A DNA stretch of 64,000 nucleotides from Raillietiella orientalis (lineage: Eukaryota), in contig JAYWIR010000027.1 in assembly GCA_036172245.1 (NCBI GenBank), positions 1,364,001 through 1,428,000 on the forward strand, read 5' to 3'. The position numbers and the translations under genes are program-made. Positions 1 to 12,560 of the stretch are shown here, piece by piece. Position 1 is the first letter of the stretch, and every line of letters begins with the position of its first letter. The notes beneath the pieces are model-generated. The model worked only from the letters and a program-made list of their open reading frames with translations, was not told the origin of the DNA and did not search any database.

Positions 1-3000
1 AGTGGCAAACCGAACCATTTCTCTACTTTCCCTCGAGGAATAACGCAGATGTTGGGCAAACGCAAAGCTTGAATGGGATGCGACACTTTAATCTGGTCAT
101 CAAGAGATCATAACATCGTTTTTGTGTGCGCGAAGGAATTTCTAAAACTTCGCTCACTAGCTCGTCCGACATCCAGGAGATTTCTCAAGAAGCTCTTTCG
201 CGAGTGGATTCTGTTTTCACAAGAGTAAAAAAAAAAAAAAAAATTCGAAAATGCGAATATTTATTACGAATCGGATGAAAGGAATGCGCTCCACGATCTC
301 TCCGAGTGAAAAAGATATTTGCAAGAGCACGTGTCCTCCGAAACCTGAATCCGTTAGCTCGTTACGCTGTTCTTTCCCAGGACCGATGATGGTCTTTTTT
401 TTTTTCCCCTCTCTCTGCCTCTCTCGCCCTGTAGCGCGTCTTCACGTGAGCTTTCGAAACTTGGGCTGGAAACCTCGAGCCAGAGAGCCTGAGACTTTCA
501 GGGAAACGCCGGAACCTCTCAGCCGCGTTGCTGAGGCAACCGCGCCTCCGAGAGATCAAACGCAGCTGTGACGCAACAATGCGCGCACAGCCACGGCTCC
601 CAACTTCCTTGGACACGGAGCATCCTAATTTGCGCATTTTCCATTCCATCCGTCCGCATTCCTTCTCTTGCAAGGAGCAGCAAGTGCGCTGCTGCGCTGT
701 GCAGCAGTACCGATCGCGATCCTGCATCTCCCTCCCTCTCTCTCTCCCTTTTTTTTTTTTGACTCACAAAACACCATTCCGGGACAAATTTACTCATCGA
801 AAGAACACTTGTTTGTGAATTTTTTGCTCCTGATGAATTTCCAAGAATTCTGAAAAGCGTACACTCGCCAACACGTGTACTGCTCACGTAAGCGGCCGAT
901 CCGGCGTTCATGAGTAAACAGGTTTTTGTTTACATCGGGAATGCGGGAACGAAATAGCTCGAAGGTTCCCGAATGCTGCAAATCGGGAGACTCCTGCGAC
1001 GTTTGGATGATCACGATCTCGGGAAACACCGTTGCCTCGTGGCGATCCCGCTCTCCCTCGTGCGCGCGCGAGAGCCTTGATCTGCCGAAACTCCTTGCGG
1101 AAGTTTCCAGGTAGCATTTCGAGGGAGGGGGGGGGAGAGAGAGAGGACCCATTTAAGCCTGAATCATCCTGTGTGTGTTTGTTTTCGTCTGAACCACACG
1201 TGTCCGATCTGCTCCCCGTGGAATATGTTTTCGGATTTCCCGCCTTTGGGGACGAATTTTCACCCCTTTCTTCCCTTGTAGCCTTCCTTTCTTTCCCTTT
1301 CGCCTCCATTCGTCGCTCTTCCTTCCGAAGGGAGAAACAAACGTTGTAAATTCTGATTTCTTTCGTTTTTTTTCTTCAAGTAAAAAACAACAACAAAAAA
1401 AACCCTCAAAGATCTGAAATGTCCAATGATACAATAAAATGAAGCTGGCACAAGGAAGGCATCAATCAGCTGCTTGTTAATAGAAACAGTTACCGAATTT
1501 TGCAATTCCACTTTCATCTCTCGCATCTTGGCAGTGCAAAGTGAACGCACAGTCGAGTGCTTCCGCCTGTTCTCTTTGGATCGCCTTCTCAAATGATGCC
1601 TCAGACCCGTTTTTTTTCTTCCCAGTCACTGGGATCATTCAGGGCATCACAGCTCTCGAGCCCGCTCACTGTCGAGGATCGCTTCTGATGAGGTGGGCTG
1701 CTTGAGCGAACAAGCCTGCCTGATTCTTCCCACCCCGAGACAAACTCAGAGAAAGTGGATCGCTTCATTCACCAACTCCGTTTCGGTACAGCACCAGCAG
1801 CCCGGAAGAGTTATTCAGCACCCCACCGAGAGTTTCCTGACAGTAGCTCATCGAAACTTCTATTTCCCATGGTTACCTGAGCACTCTAGCAGCGGAAGTA
1901 CGGCCGGGCCCCACTTCCGGCAGCATGCAACTTCTAAACTTGCAAAATGTGCTGGAAAAAAGAAAAAAAAGTGTCCTCTTTAGATGTGGCGCCTAACGGA
2001 TGCAACCTCGCCTCATCAAATGCACCAGTGGACTCTCCGTTCCCCGGAAGTAGCAATCGGTTCCTCCTTCGGGATGTGCCTCCGGTTTGCATCTTTCGAG
2101 TTCTCATCTTCATCTTGGATTCAGAACCAGCTGCTTCTTATCACCCAGCAACAATCGGCGATTCTTCTTCCAGAGAGAAATTTGTCATTCAGCTTTGCAC
2201 CGAGACCACAATTACGCTCGCTCTGATTTCTTCAGACACTTCGATTCCCCTGCGTGCTATTTTGTTTTCTAATCTTTCACCAGGGTAAGCCGCGGCTTTT
2301 ATTATTTAAAAAACATATTAACAATTATTAATTGCTGTCGATTCATTTTTAATTGTATTTGTGCTATTTTGTTAACATGTGCACGAATTTAGAAAAAAAC
2401 TGTAATCAGTACCTGGTAACAATGCTCTTATATATATGTACATGTATATACACACAGAATGCTCTTATATATATATACGTATATATACACACATATAGTT
2501 CCCTCTTGTTCTCATACGGTCCATCATTTCTAATGACATGGTTTGGTTTGAAAGTAGAACTTTGAAAGTCACCACTCCGGGGAAGGAAAGAGACACAAGA
2601 GGAAGGTGGAAGAAGAAAGAACGAGGAAACGACGGGAAGGGGAAAGGGGGGAGAAGGAGGAGAAGTTCCAGCACGAGGATTGGAGGTTTCCTTATGGAAT
2701 TTTCTTGCCAGGAGCAAAAGAGTCCCAAACACGAATCATTCGGGATGTGTGGCAGTAGACTCATTTTGTGCCAGATTGATCTGCGGCAATTTCGTTCGAG
2801 GGTGCTTCGCTAAAGAGCTCCCACGAGAACCGACCCTGTTTTCGTTGCGCTCAGCTCCCATTTCCGAAACTTCACTCCGAGGAGACCTTTCACTCACAAT
2901 GCACCGATCCCAGGTCCCAGTGGCGCAACATGGGCTCAGAGGAAAAGCTCAGGTGCTCACCGGACATTTCCTGGTCATCTGCTTACTGTGGACCGCCACG

Positions 3001-3239
3001 AAGAGCGGCAGGCAGATCCTGCCGCCCTCACCATCGAAGGGAGTTCAGGCAGAGTCCTCTGAGAAGCAGCCACAATCGTGCCAAAGACTGCACACCGGCA
3101 AAGTGGACGTGGTCTCATCGAATGCACGCGTGCACGCGTGCGTGCATGGATGTGCGCGTTCGCCAGAAACACACGCACAAAAAAAGACGAACGGCGTTCT
3201 CGTGGAATCCTTTCCGTGACTTTTCTCAAGCCGCACAGT

Positions 3240-3870
3240 GAGCACACTAAGGTCTCCTCTCACCGACCTTTCCTGGCATGCAGTCCGATGACCACTTTGC
3301 GGGTCCTGCTTGATGGAAGACGGAATGCAATCGAGGGATCCCCCCGTTGCGATGACGACCTGCGCTGCGAAAGTGCAGGTGCGAAAGCAGGGTGTGAGAA
3401 GCGGATAGGCAGATGTCCATCTTGCGCGGCGAGGAGGTTCAGCTGGACGTCGTCTTCAAAACTCGTGCCCAGGCAACTCGCTGCTTCCATGAACGGAAGG
3501 GACGCGTCCCTCGTCTTGCCAGCGTGTCCTTGACGTCGTTTCCAAGGGTGAACTCTCCCTCCCTTCGCGTACGTAGACTGCGGATGTCCACGCAGCGAGC
3601 ACACGAAGCGGTGGATCCCGGCAGCACGCCTTCGCCACGACTGTCGGAGAGGAGCGTGCGGGAGCGCGAATCGTGGTCCCGATCTCTCCGATGCCCGTCG
3701 GCAACTGCCTTTCATGTGGAGCAGACCTCACGGATCGAAGCGTTCCAGGGGTGCCGCGCTGGGCTACGGGCCCAGGGTCCCTCGAGTTGTCGCACGAAGC
3801 TGAGGATGTCTTCTGGAAGCTTCCGGAAGCCGTCTTCCGGCGCCCACCCAACACAGACACCCGAAACGAG
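3240..3870 (+). mobile_element. Degenerate LINE reverse transcriptase remnant
   Basis: PSLRVRRLRMSTQRAHEAVDPGSTPSPRLS (cf. PxSxRxAxIxLIPK..DPxSYRPISL) and RWATGPGSLELSHEAEDVF, which parallels RWYLSGLGSLGLLNSDAEESW at ~61.8 kb. Confidence 0.4.
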
Positions 3871-3874
3871 AGAG

Positions 3875-5155
3875 AGCGCGTCGCCTCCCGGCTTCCAGCG
3901 TACTGGAAAAAGAGGAGGATAAAGAGCAAGAGAAAAAAGAGAAGGAGGAAGTACGGAAAGAAGGGGAGGAAAAGAAGAAAGAAGAGGTGGAGGAAGTGGA
4001 ATAAGTGGAGAACGAAGAGGAGGACGTGGAAAAGGACAAAGAGCAAGAAGAAAAAGATGAGAAGGAAGTAAAAGAGGAGAGACAAAGGGGAGAAAGAGGA
4101 AAAGAAGGAGATAATCTAAGCGCTCCTGGGGATCGCGTGCATCTTTCGCCACACCAGGCTGTTGGCACTCAAGCCGTGCGCTCCAGACTCGCCCCCTGCT
4201 GAGGAAGGGACGGCCCTTCCCCTGGCGTCGTCTGGCGCCTTTCCGAGCAGACAACCGTTCTCCGGAGCCACTGCTTCACGGCTCAGGCTCGAGTGGTGCT
4301 CTTGGTGCACTTCCCGGCAGAATGGGATGCCATGGAGAGCATCCTTCCCTCCCGGATGTTGTTCCCGCCCACACACACCCTCCTCACTAGCCGTCAGGGA
4401 GTCTCCGATGCTGTGTTCTTCGGGCTCCCTGTCGTCCATCGTCCCACGCAAAGCGCTGCCTCGCAGGCGCGGGCACTTTTCGCGCGCCAGCAATCTGCGA
4501 TGCCCTCTTCCTTTCTGCTGCTTCTCCTCCTGCGGAGCCGGCCTCCGCCGCATCCCCGGAGGGACCGGTGCCGCAGACAGAAGGGCGGCGGTTCCAAGTC
4601 GTGTCGAGTCCATCCCGGAAATGGTCGGGACGCAGTCCGATGGCAGTTTGTTTCCGTGTTGCTGGGCAGCTACCTGCAGCCAGGCCTCCCGATCGTCATG
4701 TGTTTGAGGATGAGGGCCGAGCTGCCGGGGTAGTGGTCGAGGAATGTGCTGAGGGGCCCTCCCTGCTCGGCATGCCTGCTGAGCACCCCTGCTGGGCACT
4801 GCGTGCATGGGCGGCAGCTGAATGCCCCCCCCGCTGGTGAATCTGCGAGACCTGAAGGTGGGTCGCTTGGAGAGAAAGAATTGCTCCACGCACGGTGCGG
4901 CGCCACGCAGGGCATGGCGCTACGCTGGTCACTGTGCCTCTCTACAAAAAGGCATTCTTCTTCCTCCTTCTTCCTCTTCCTGTCCGATTTTTCCCTTCCT
5001 CTTCCTTCTCTTCCTCCTCTTCGTCCTATTGCTCCTCATGATTTTCCTCTTTCTGCTTTTCCCTCCTGTTTTCCTCTTTCTTTCTCCCTTCTCCCTCTCC
5101 CTCTTCCTCTACTCCTTCTCTTCCTCCAGGACGCTGGAAGCAGGGAAGTGGCGAG
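3875..5155. repeat. Inverted pair: purine-rich tract 3875-4090 and pyrimidine-rich tract 4955-5155
   Basis: The shared unique anchor GCTTCCAGCGT (3892) / ACGCTGGAAGC (5131) abuts complementary low-complexity tracts. Confidence 0.6.
4110..4830 (-). mobile_element. Degenerate LINE APE-endonuclease remnant with internal deletion
   Basis: Across frames: LSTFLDHYP..ALIL/QTHD (cf. LQETH), STRLGTAALLS (cf. SxGVAIL), GIADCWRAK...WTTGSPKNTAS (cf. DxWR..TW..ASRLD). Confidence 0.45.
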
Positions 5156-5166
5156 AGAGTTTATGG

Positions 5167-6914
5167 CCTCGCTGTTCCGCCGTTGCGAGGCAACCCTGCC
5201 AGAGAGCAAGGGCAGGCGGGGAAAAAAAAAAAAGGATAGGGAGTGGAGAGATCTGAGCAGGGAGACAGAAATTGATGCCGCTCGTGGAACTCTCGGCGCG
5301 CTGACGGGAGGGAGGAGGAACATACCACGCGAGGCTGAACTAGGACGTGGACATGACGCAGGTACCGAGAAGCACAGAATCTGCCGGACGCGAGCCTTCC
5401 CAAATCGGAGCCCTCGAAGGGCAGCGGTTTTAGATGTTCCTTGTTTTTTGGTTCGACAAGTGCTGGAGAATCCCCCGCCTCCTTGCGGGGCTCACCAAGA
5501 TCTTTGACTCTGTCCGTGCCGCCCGAGGGTGCGTCGAACTCTTCTTCAAGTTATAGGAGGGGGTATACCCCGAGCGACCAAACTACGAATCTAGGGAGGG
5601 TTCCCGGGGAATCGGTACGTCCCTCTTACCCTTGGGAGGGAACTCAGAAGGGAATCATCTTTTTTGTTCTCCCAGGAGGGACCCTCTGGAGAGGGCGGCT
5701 CTCTGTTTCCTCCTCTGAAGGGAACTCTGAAGGGACGCCTCCCCATTTCCCCGAAGAGTCGCTCTCCGAAGGGAGCAGCGCGCTGCTAACGCTCTGAAGA
5801 GGCAATCCCCCCTTCCGCACCCAACCTCCACTGAGGAGGGTATTAAGAACCTCCATGGTAAGCGATGGAGGGTCTCCCCCAAGGAAGGGAGGAAGGCTCC
5901 ACTTGCACAATCGGAAGAGAGCTTCGAAGGTCTCCTTGATTCTTGGAAGGACCCCGTAGGGGATCCAACTTTCAATCCAGGTAAGTCGATGGGGGCTTCC
6001 ACCGGTGGTGCACCCGAAGTCTCCAGACCAACCAGCGTCGTCCTGAGAGGGGAAGGGAAGGGGATGAGATTCGAAACCCACGACGCACTCCCGTTCTCGG
6101 CATCGACCCTCCCTTCCCCCTCTAGGATTCGAAGCTGCGACGATCGGTGCCGCGCGCGCGGAACCCGCTGCGGTTTCGGGTCAGCGAAGACGCAGCCGCG
6201 ACCGGGGAGTGGGGACGCGCGGTGGGCTGGGAGCGCGCCTGCCCTATGCCGTTTCCTCCGCGACCGGAGAGCTGCCAACCACGATGCGAGGCTTCAGATG
6301 CTCCACAAGACACCCCCAAGAGGCCGCCGACCCGGCGAGGTCGCGCGCGGCTCGGTCGGCGGCAGCGCCGGTTCGCCTCGCCTTTTCGCGGAACCGCGGT
6401 GCAGTCAGCCGCCGTCCCCAATCGGGAGCGCCCGCCCTCCCTCACTGCAGGGGGAACTGCGCCGAGAAAATGAAACCAGGAACCCGGCGCGCGTGCAATA
6501 GACGGGGTCGCTGGCCCTTCTCCGCCTGCGGGTTCGGTGCCCGTCGCTGGGAATGACCTGGGCGAAAAAGAATGTGCCTCATCGACCGACGCAGTGCAAA
6601 AGCCTCGCCTCCTCGTTCTCGCTGCCGTTTCCAAGGAAAGCAAGCAAGTTCTCACGCGAATGGGGGGGGGGGGGGGAAGGAACGCATCCGGCAGATTCTC
6701 GGTATCTGCGTCATGTCCACGTCCTGGTTCAGCCTCTCGTGGTACGTTCCTCCTCCCTCTCGCCAGCGCTCCGGGAATGCCACAAGCGGCATCCGTTTCT
6801 GCCTCCCTGCTCAGATCTCCCCACCTCCCACTCCCTATCCCTTCTTTTTTTTTTTCTTCTCTCGCGTGCCTTTGCTCTTTGGCCGGGTTGCCTCGCAACG
6901 GCGAAAGAGCGAGG
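5167..6914. repeat. Long inverted repeat pair (arms 5167-5392 and 6683-6914)
   Basis: Arms of ~230 bp are clearly reverse-complementary (e.g. GAGGCTGAACTAGGACGTGGACATGACGCAG vs CTGCGTCATGTCCACGTCCTGGTTCAGCCTC), with scattered mismatches. Confidence 0.9.
5459..6190 (-). mobile_element. Repeat family A copy
   Basis: Colinear with 60055-60753 (CTTCAAGTT, GACGCCTCCCCATTTC, GGAGCAGCGCGCT, CCAACCAGCGT, TCGAAACCCAC). Confidence 0.65.
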
Positions 6915-7799
6915 AGCGCCAACTCGAGTTCCCGCTCCGGAGGGACGAAGCTTTCGATTTGGGGGGGAGAGGGGGGAGCTGCGTTCCCGTTTCGGGGCTT
7001 CCCGGGTTCCATCACCGCGGAAATCTGCGCACACGGCCGAGTGACCGAACGTGACTCCCGGTGACCGAAAGGTCGGGTCAGCTCGAGCAAACAGAATTAG
7101 GAGCGCGCCTAACGAGGGACCGCGGGCCGAGGATGGTTCCGCAGCTGGGGCCGGGCTCAGGCGGGTGGGTGGTTCCCCTCACAAGGCCGGCGTCCAAGAT
7201 GGCAGCGGAGCACCCCCCCCCCCCCCCCACCGAACGGCGCCCGTCCGCCGCATCTCTCTCTGAATCCACTTTCACTATAGAATTAATTGCTAATTGACCA
7301 CACTCGTGCCGTTTGGGCAGGTCACGGAGGGAAAGCGCGTACCTACGGCCACGCTTCGGTCGCCTCCCTTCCACGTTTCCATCCGGCAGGCGACCGGACT
7401 TGGCTGTAGGTCTGGTCGGCCGGTCTCCCACCGAGTCACCCGCTGGTGGAGCGGTCAGGCTCCGGAAGGACCGATCCTTCCTGCAAGGACAGTTGTCCCG
7501 CCTCTCTCGTCGAAGGTAGCCGAGTCCCTCCGCCGCCTGAACCCGGAGCTCCCTGGGGTGGCGTCAGCCCGGAACTGACCTTGGCCAGCTCGCCTCCTAC
7601 GAACAAAGGCTCAGGTCCGCGTAGAGGACGACGGTTCTTCTCCCTTCCCGTGAGTTCCTGGGAAATTCCAGCTTCACTGCGGACCCCTGGTTCCCGGGTC
7701 CCTGACGCGTGCACGCTACTTGCTGAAAGCAGGCGAGGTGTGAGGTCCACCGAAGCGAAAAGCATCCATCGGGAAGCAGCCAAAATAAACAAGTAGATA

Positions 7800-8112
7800 C
7801 AGTGTTACCTCGGTACTCGTCGGTAATTCGTTCCGGAACTCGTGACGAGTACCGAAACCGAACGAATTCCTCTCTAGTCTTCGTGCTATCATTTTCAACC
7901 ATTTTAGGATCCACGACAAACGCTTAATATGCACAGAAGGCACACAAAAGGGAACGAACGTGACTGTTCGCAAGCGTTCACTTACTTGTTCCATCATGCG
8001 AGTGGCGTGTCGAGTTCCGAGCGTGCGCCGAATACCGAAACATTTTTTTCTCGTGAAAAGGCGACGAGTACCGATTTCGACGAGTTACGACACCGCCGAG
8101 TACCGAGGTAAA
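7800..8112. mobile_element. MITE-like element (~310 bp)
   Basis: TTACCTCGGTACTCGTCGGT (7805-7824) is inverted at 8092-8111 with 1 mismatch. The motif GACGAGTACCGA recurs subterminally. No TSD found. Confidence 0.65.
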
Positions 8113-8504
8113 CCAAAAGCGCAGTTGCAGTAGCTTTTAGGTGGCGCTAGACGGTAGAGTGTGGGGGATTGCGTGCTCAGGCCGTCTGAAAAATAACCGA
8201 TCCCCTCATCGTCCGCAGTTCCTCTCTTTCCTGGAGGAAGGAATGCTCTTTGATCCCTGCGAAGGTTCCAGTCGTTTCGGCAGAAGAGAGCGCGTTCGCT
8301 GCGGCCAGGAACTCCTTCCTCTCTCCTCCTGGAAACGGCGTTCGTTCCGCGGGACTCCAAAGATTCGAGCAGCCCCGGGGGTTTCCCCCCCTCCCTACTC
8401 TCCCCGATTCCCGGAGTCACACGCCGGATTCTTTCCTCTTTTTAATTTTCCGATCCCGGCGCTGCTTCCATTTGTCCTTAAATAGTACGCCATTAGATAA
8501 TGAA

Positions 8505-8691
8505 TAATCCATTGGATTGCGCAAGTCTGACCTGCTGGAGCCATTATTTATAATTCCGTATCACTCCGGTAGCCACCCTCCCCCTCCTCCTTTTCCTCAT
8601 CCCCCCCCCTCCACCATTTCTGCTCCGCTCGCCTCCATTTCTTTGTCACGTGACCCGCACACGCTCCACGAGCCGAGAGAATCAGGTAAGA
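8505..8691 (+). promoter_or_regulatory. Candidate promoter / non-coding first exon of the RhoGEF gene
   Basis: Reverse CCAAT (8511-8515), palindromic E-box GTCACGTGAC (8645-8654) and a consensus donor CAG|GTAAG at 8686. The acceptor at 19163 needs an upstream donor. Confidence 0.25.
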
Positions 8692-11600
8692 AATTTGCCT
8701 ATGGAGACAGTTTGCTATCGATCGGCGTCAGGTGTGCACGCCTCGTCTGCGTGACACATCACGAGCGGGAGACCCCCACAAACGATGCAGTGAAACGATG
8801 GCACTCTGTGCTTTGCTTTATTTTTTCCAAGTGTTCCCCATCGCCCCGCATCGCAAGTCATCGTCACTTCATCGGCACATTTCGACAGCGCGAAGAAGGG
8901 AAGTGCAACCGGAAACGACGACTGTGCTACGTGTGCCGAGCTTCGGTACGTGGGACTTTTTTCTCTCTCTCTCCCTCCTCCCTCCTGAAAGTGTCGTGGT
9001 GGTGGTGTCTTTTGCGTTTTCGGTGAACAAGGATTAGGAGCCCCCCCCCCCCCATGGAGTGTGTGCGACGGCTTGGACCCCGTTCCACGGTGGGAGATGT
9101 GTGGCTGCTTGCTCGAGTTTCGCTTCTGTTCTGCGAGAACGATTATCTATCTGTAACGCGGGGCAACGAGTCCCCTCGTGGTGAGTCTTGGCGTGTTCAA
9201 TTTCATACCGGCGTCTCAAAGGGATAAGTGAATTCCCGCGTGTTTCCTTTTCCTTTTTTTTTTTTTTTTTTTGGAGGGTAGCAATGACTTCGGAGGAATT
9301 TCAAATATGGATCGTTTGCATGCGTGCACGGGCTGGTCGGCAGATTTTTCCGTAGAATTCTAACGACTCCTCCGTGCGCCGTCGTCCATGGCAACCGGCC
9401 GCCCCCAAGCGCGTGTCCGTACCCGTCTTCGGGTTGCCGTTCGTCCAGTGGCCACCACCAACCTCCAGAATCCTCCACGCTCGTCCGTAGCCATGGGAAA
9501 CCACCGAGAATGCGGCCGTTCCTTCGAAACGTAAACAAAGCTGCAATTCGATAGCAAAAACCTGGTTAGAAGAAGAATTCGGAAAGGTGGCTGCTCACCT
9601 CTTGACCTTCACCTGAACATGCGTTTCGGTCTTTTAACGTGGCACTTCCATTTATAGAATGCACTTTTTGTGTATGTGTTTTTGGTGATCAGCATTCGCG
9701 GTGGATCCTGCCACCCCGCTGTTTCAAAATCTCTTGGTTCGTGGTCGGATCTCCTGCGTTTCCAAGGACCGTGCTCCAGACAAGAAAAAAAAAGAAAAGA
9801 AGAAGAAAGAATCAATATTCCTTAGCACACACGCACCGTGCCGGATCCGTGTTATCTTTCATCCTCTTTCTCTCTCCCTTTTTTTTGAAGGGGGGGGGGT
9901 GTTTGCTTTATAAAAATTCAATCGCCGGCGATCGAGTGCGGACGGCGCGAGTTCAACAAACTTTGAGGGAATCCGTTCGCGGTTTCTGCCACCACGGTTT
10001 CGGGTTCCGCTCGGGAGTCTCCACTGTGGATTGGGCAACCCATTTAGAAAGTTGGGTGCGCGACACAGCGTTATGGGGATTTAATTTTCCCGGTGGCCGA
10101 GCGGAGCCCCGCGCGGTGAAAGTCGAACAAAAACAAATTCGCCTTCGGAGCAGCTTCCTGCCTCCTGTTGCAGCAGCGGTCGCGTGGCAGCGGTTCCGCG
10201 ATGCCTTCCCTCCTCTCCTTGCTTGCCCGAACGAGCCCACGGTGGCCCTTCGGATCCCACCTTTCGCCGCCCCGCTTTCCTCCTCCCCTTCTCCTTCCCA
10301 CCCTTCCTGCCACCGTCGCACCCGGCATTTTTTCGTGCTTTTCAACCTGCGTTCGCTCCAAATGTTACCGTGGAGACACACACAGAGAGAAGCATTTATT
10401 ACAACCGACGTCATTAACCCTCTACTTTCCCCCCCCCCCCAATTTGCCTGCGGAAAAGACCCGCGAGAGTGCACGTGACAAGATGGCGTGCGGGTCTCGG
10501 ATGTGGCGGAGAGGAAGCCCGCCATGTCGAATGGAAAGCATTCCGCGTGGTGCCCGTTAAGCGGCGAAGAGCGGTCGCGTGGCCTTGTAAAAAAGAAAGA
10601 AAGAAAAGCCGGGATGCTGGGAGATCCGGGACGAGGGTTGATTCTGACGGGGCGGGAAGTCTTTTGCTTTTCAGAACAGGGTCCTCCTTGCTTCTTCTTT
10701 TGGGATGCTGAAGCTCTCGCGTTTCCACCCTCGGGCGTGCCAGCTGGGAATAGCGAGCGTTCCCTTATCGCCCTTTCCGGTCGCGCGGCGGCCCCTTCGC
10801 AGCACGTCCTCCGCCCTGCTCGCGGCAGCCCCAGGTTCCGAGCGACCAGCGAGGCAACTTCGCGAGCGAGCCCCGGTGCGTTCCCGCCTGGTGCCACGCC
10901 GGGAGAGGACGGGAGAGGGGGCTGCGTTCCCTGTTCGCGTCGGTGGCCCCGGGAAAAGCGGGGGAAAAAAAAAACCGTCTCTCTTTTTTTTTCTTCCTTT
11001 CCTCGCATCCTACACTGCTGCGTTCCCCTCGGTGGCTGCGTGCCGCTTTCGCTCGCGTTCATGCAGCGACACGCCGTCGTGCGCCACCGTGCGCGCGAGG
11101 GTTCCTTTCCACCGGGTGCGAGGAAGCGGGTCTTCCCGAAGGGATCCCCGACTCAGCCGCGTGACCTCTTTCCCGTCGGCGTTTTAGCCGCGGCGCGCGA
11201 CATCTCGCCCCCCCCCCTCCCCGCCCCCCGAAGAACGTGCGGGGCGACGACTTGACCTTTCGGGAGCTTCTTGTGCCCTCCCTCTGCGATGTGATCTGAC
11301 GTGCGTACGACGATCCTACGAATAACAAAGACGTTTTATCTCCGAACCATCTTCCGTTTCGCTTTCCTCTGTCTTTTGTCTCTCCGATCTCGGGATCCAT
11401 CACGCACAGGCCGACCCCCTAGCTCCGCCGGTCGGTAGCGGAACTCAAGCTCCAGGAACGCCCGGATCGCCCACGCAGGCGGGGAGCTCCCAAGTCGGCC
11501 GAGGGGGCACCTGGAATGGCGGCGCGGAGGGGGGGGAGCAAAGGGACTCCCCTCGTCTCGTGGGGCGAGAGCCGAGAGGTTCGCCACGTTCTCACGCCGC

Positions 11601-11899
11601 CTCCGAGAATCGCGACGGGTTCTCACCCGATCGCGGTTCTCGGAGGTAGCGGGCAGTACGGGAGTGGGCTTTGGGGCTGGGTTCGGGGCCGCGCCGTGGT
11701 AACGGTCTCTGTATCGGTGGAGGGGGGGGGAGGGGAGAGTGATTTATGGGGTGAGCGAATCGAGCTCCGTCCACACGTTTGCAGATCCTGGGAAAGGTAA
11801 CGCTCGGGAGTCGCCGTCGTCTAGAGCGCTCGCTGTTGAAAAAAAAAAAAAAAAAAACCCGGTTTCCTGCCGTTTCCATTTCCGGTGCGCCCCGCATGC

Positions 11900-12560
11900 C
11901 GGTTGCAGAAATGGGAGCTGAGGCGACGTCGCCACTCTGCCACTCAAGTGCGACCGCTCTCAACGAAATTTCCGCCTGTCCGGTCGGCGCGATCCGGCCC
12001 GGCAGTGCGCAGGCGCGTCCTCCGCGAGCGGCTCGCCGCCGCCGAGCGGGGCGGAAAGAGCAGCAGCAGCTTCCCCTCATTCCGCGTGGGCTTGGGACGC
12101 TCGGCCCGGTGGTTTCGCAGCGGCGGGCTCCCCTCGCTCATCCCCACATTCCCCCCTTCCTGTTGCCTGGGTGGCAACCCTTCGGCCGCCTCACCCCGGA
12201 AGACGGGAACGTCAAGGTCGCAGCGGCGGGCGTTTTCCGCGCTGTGGGAGAAGCGTCGCAGGAAGGCCGCGCGCTTCCCGGTCCGGGCCCGATGTTGCGT
12301 GGAAAGGGGGATCCTCCGCGCACCCTTCCCCGGTCGGGTCCTACCTTGCCCCTCCCCTCATTGCTGAGGCAAGGTTGGGAGCGCCTGTCCTTCCCGGAAC
12401 GAGGACGAACTTGTCCATCCGCGCTGTGGTCGCCCATGCACGCGGATGGGCGAGCCAGTCGGCATGGAAGGAGGGAAAGCGCCTGGTTGTTGCCCCCCTT
12501 TCCAGTAGCGACCGCCCCCTCTCGTCCCAATGGTGTGTCACGGACTCTACCGCTCAGCCT
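11900..12560 (-). mobile_element. Degenerate LINE ORF2 post-RT remnant
   Basis: SQPCLSNEGRGKV (cf. WxxxxLSxxGR) followed by TFPSSGVRRP...RKGGMWG (cf. FxWxG..P..GGLG). Confidence 0.4.

Noticed and set aside
829..856. CTGATGA...GAAA hammerhead-like core (also near 34268)
   Set aside because: Stem II is imperfect or the GAAA is missing, and no stems I/III with a cleavage triplet could be built.
1480..2250. Minus-strand coding-like sequence
   Set aside because: Every frame is interrupted; a consistent exon model needs frameshifts, and no product is recognisable.
3900..4090. Lys/Arg/Glu-rich or poly-Phe/Leu ORFs
   Set aside because: These are translations of a purine-rich low-complexity tract.
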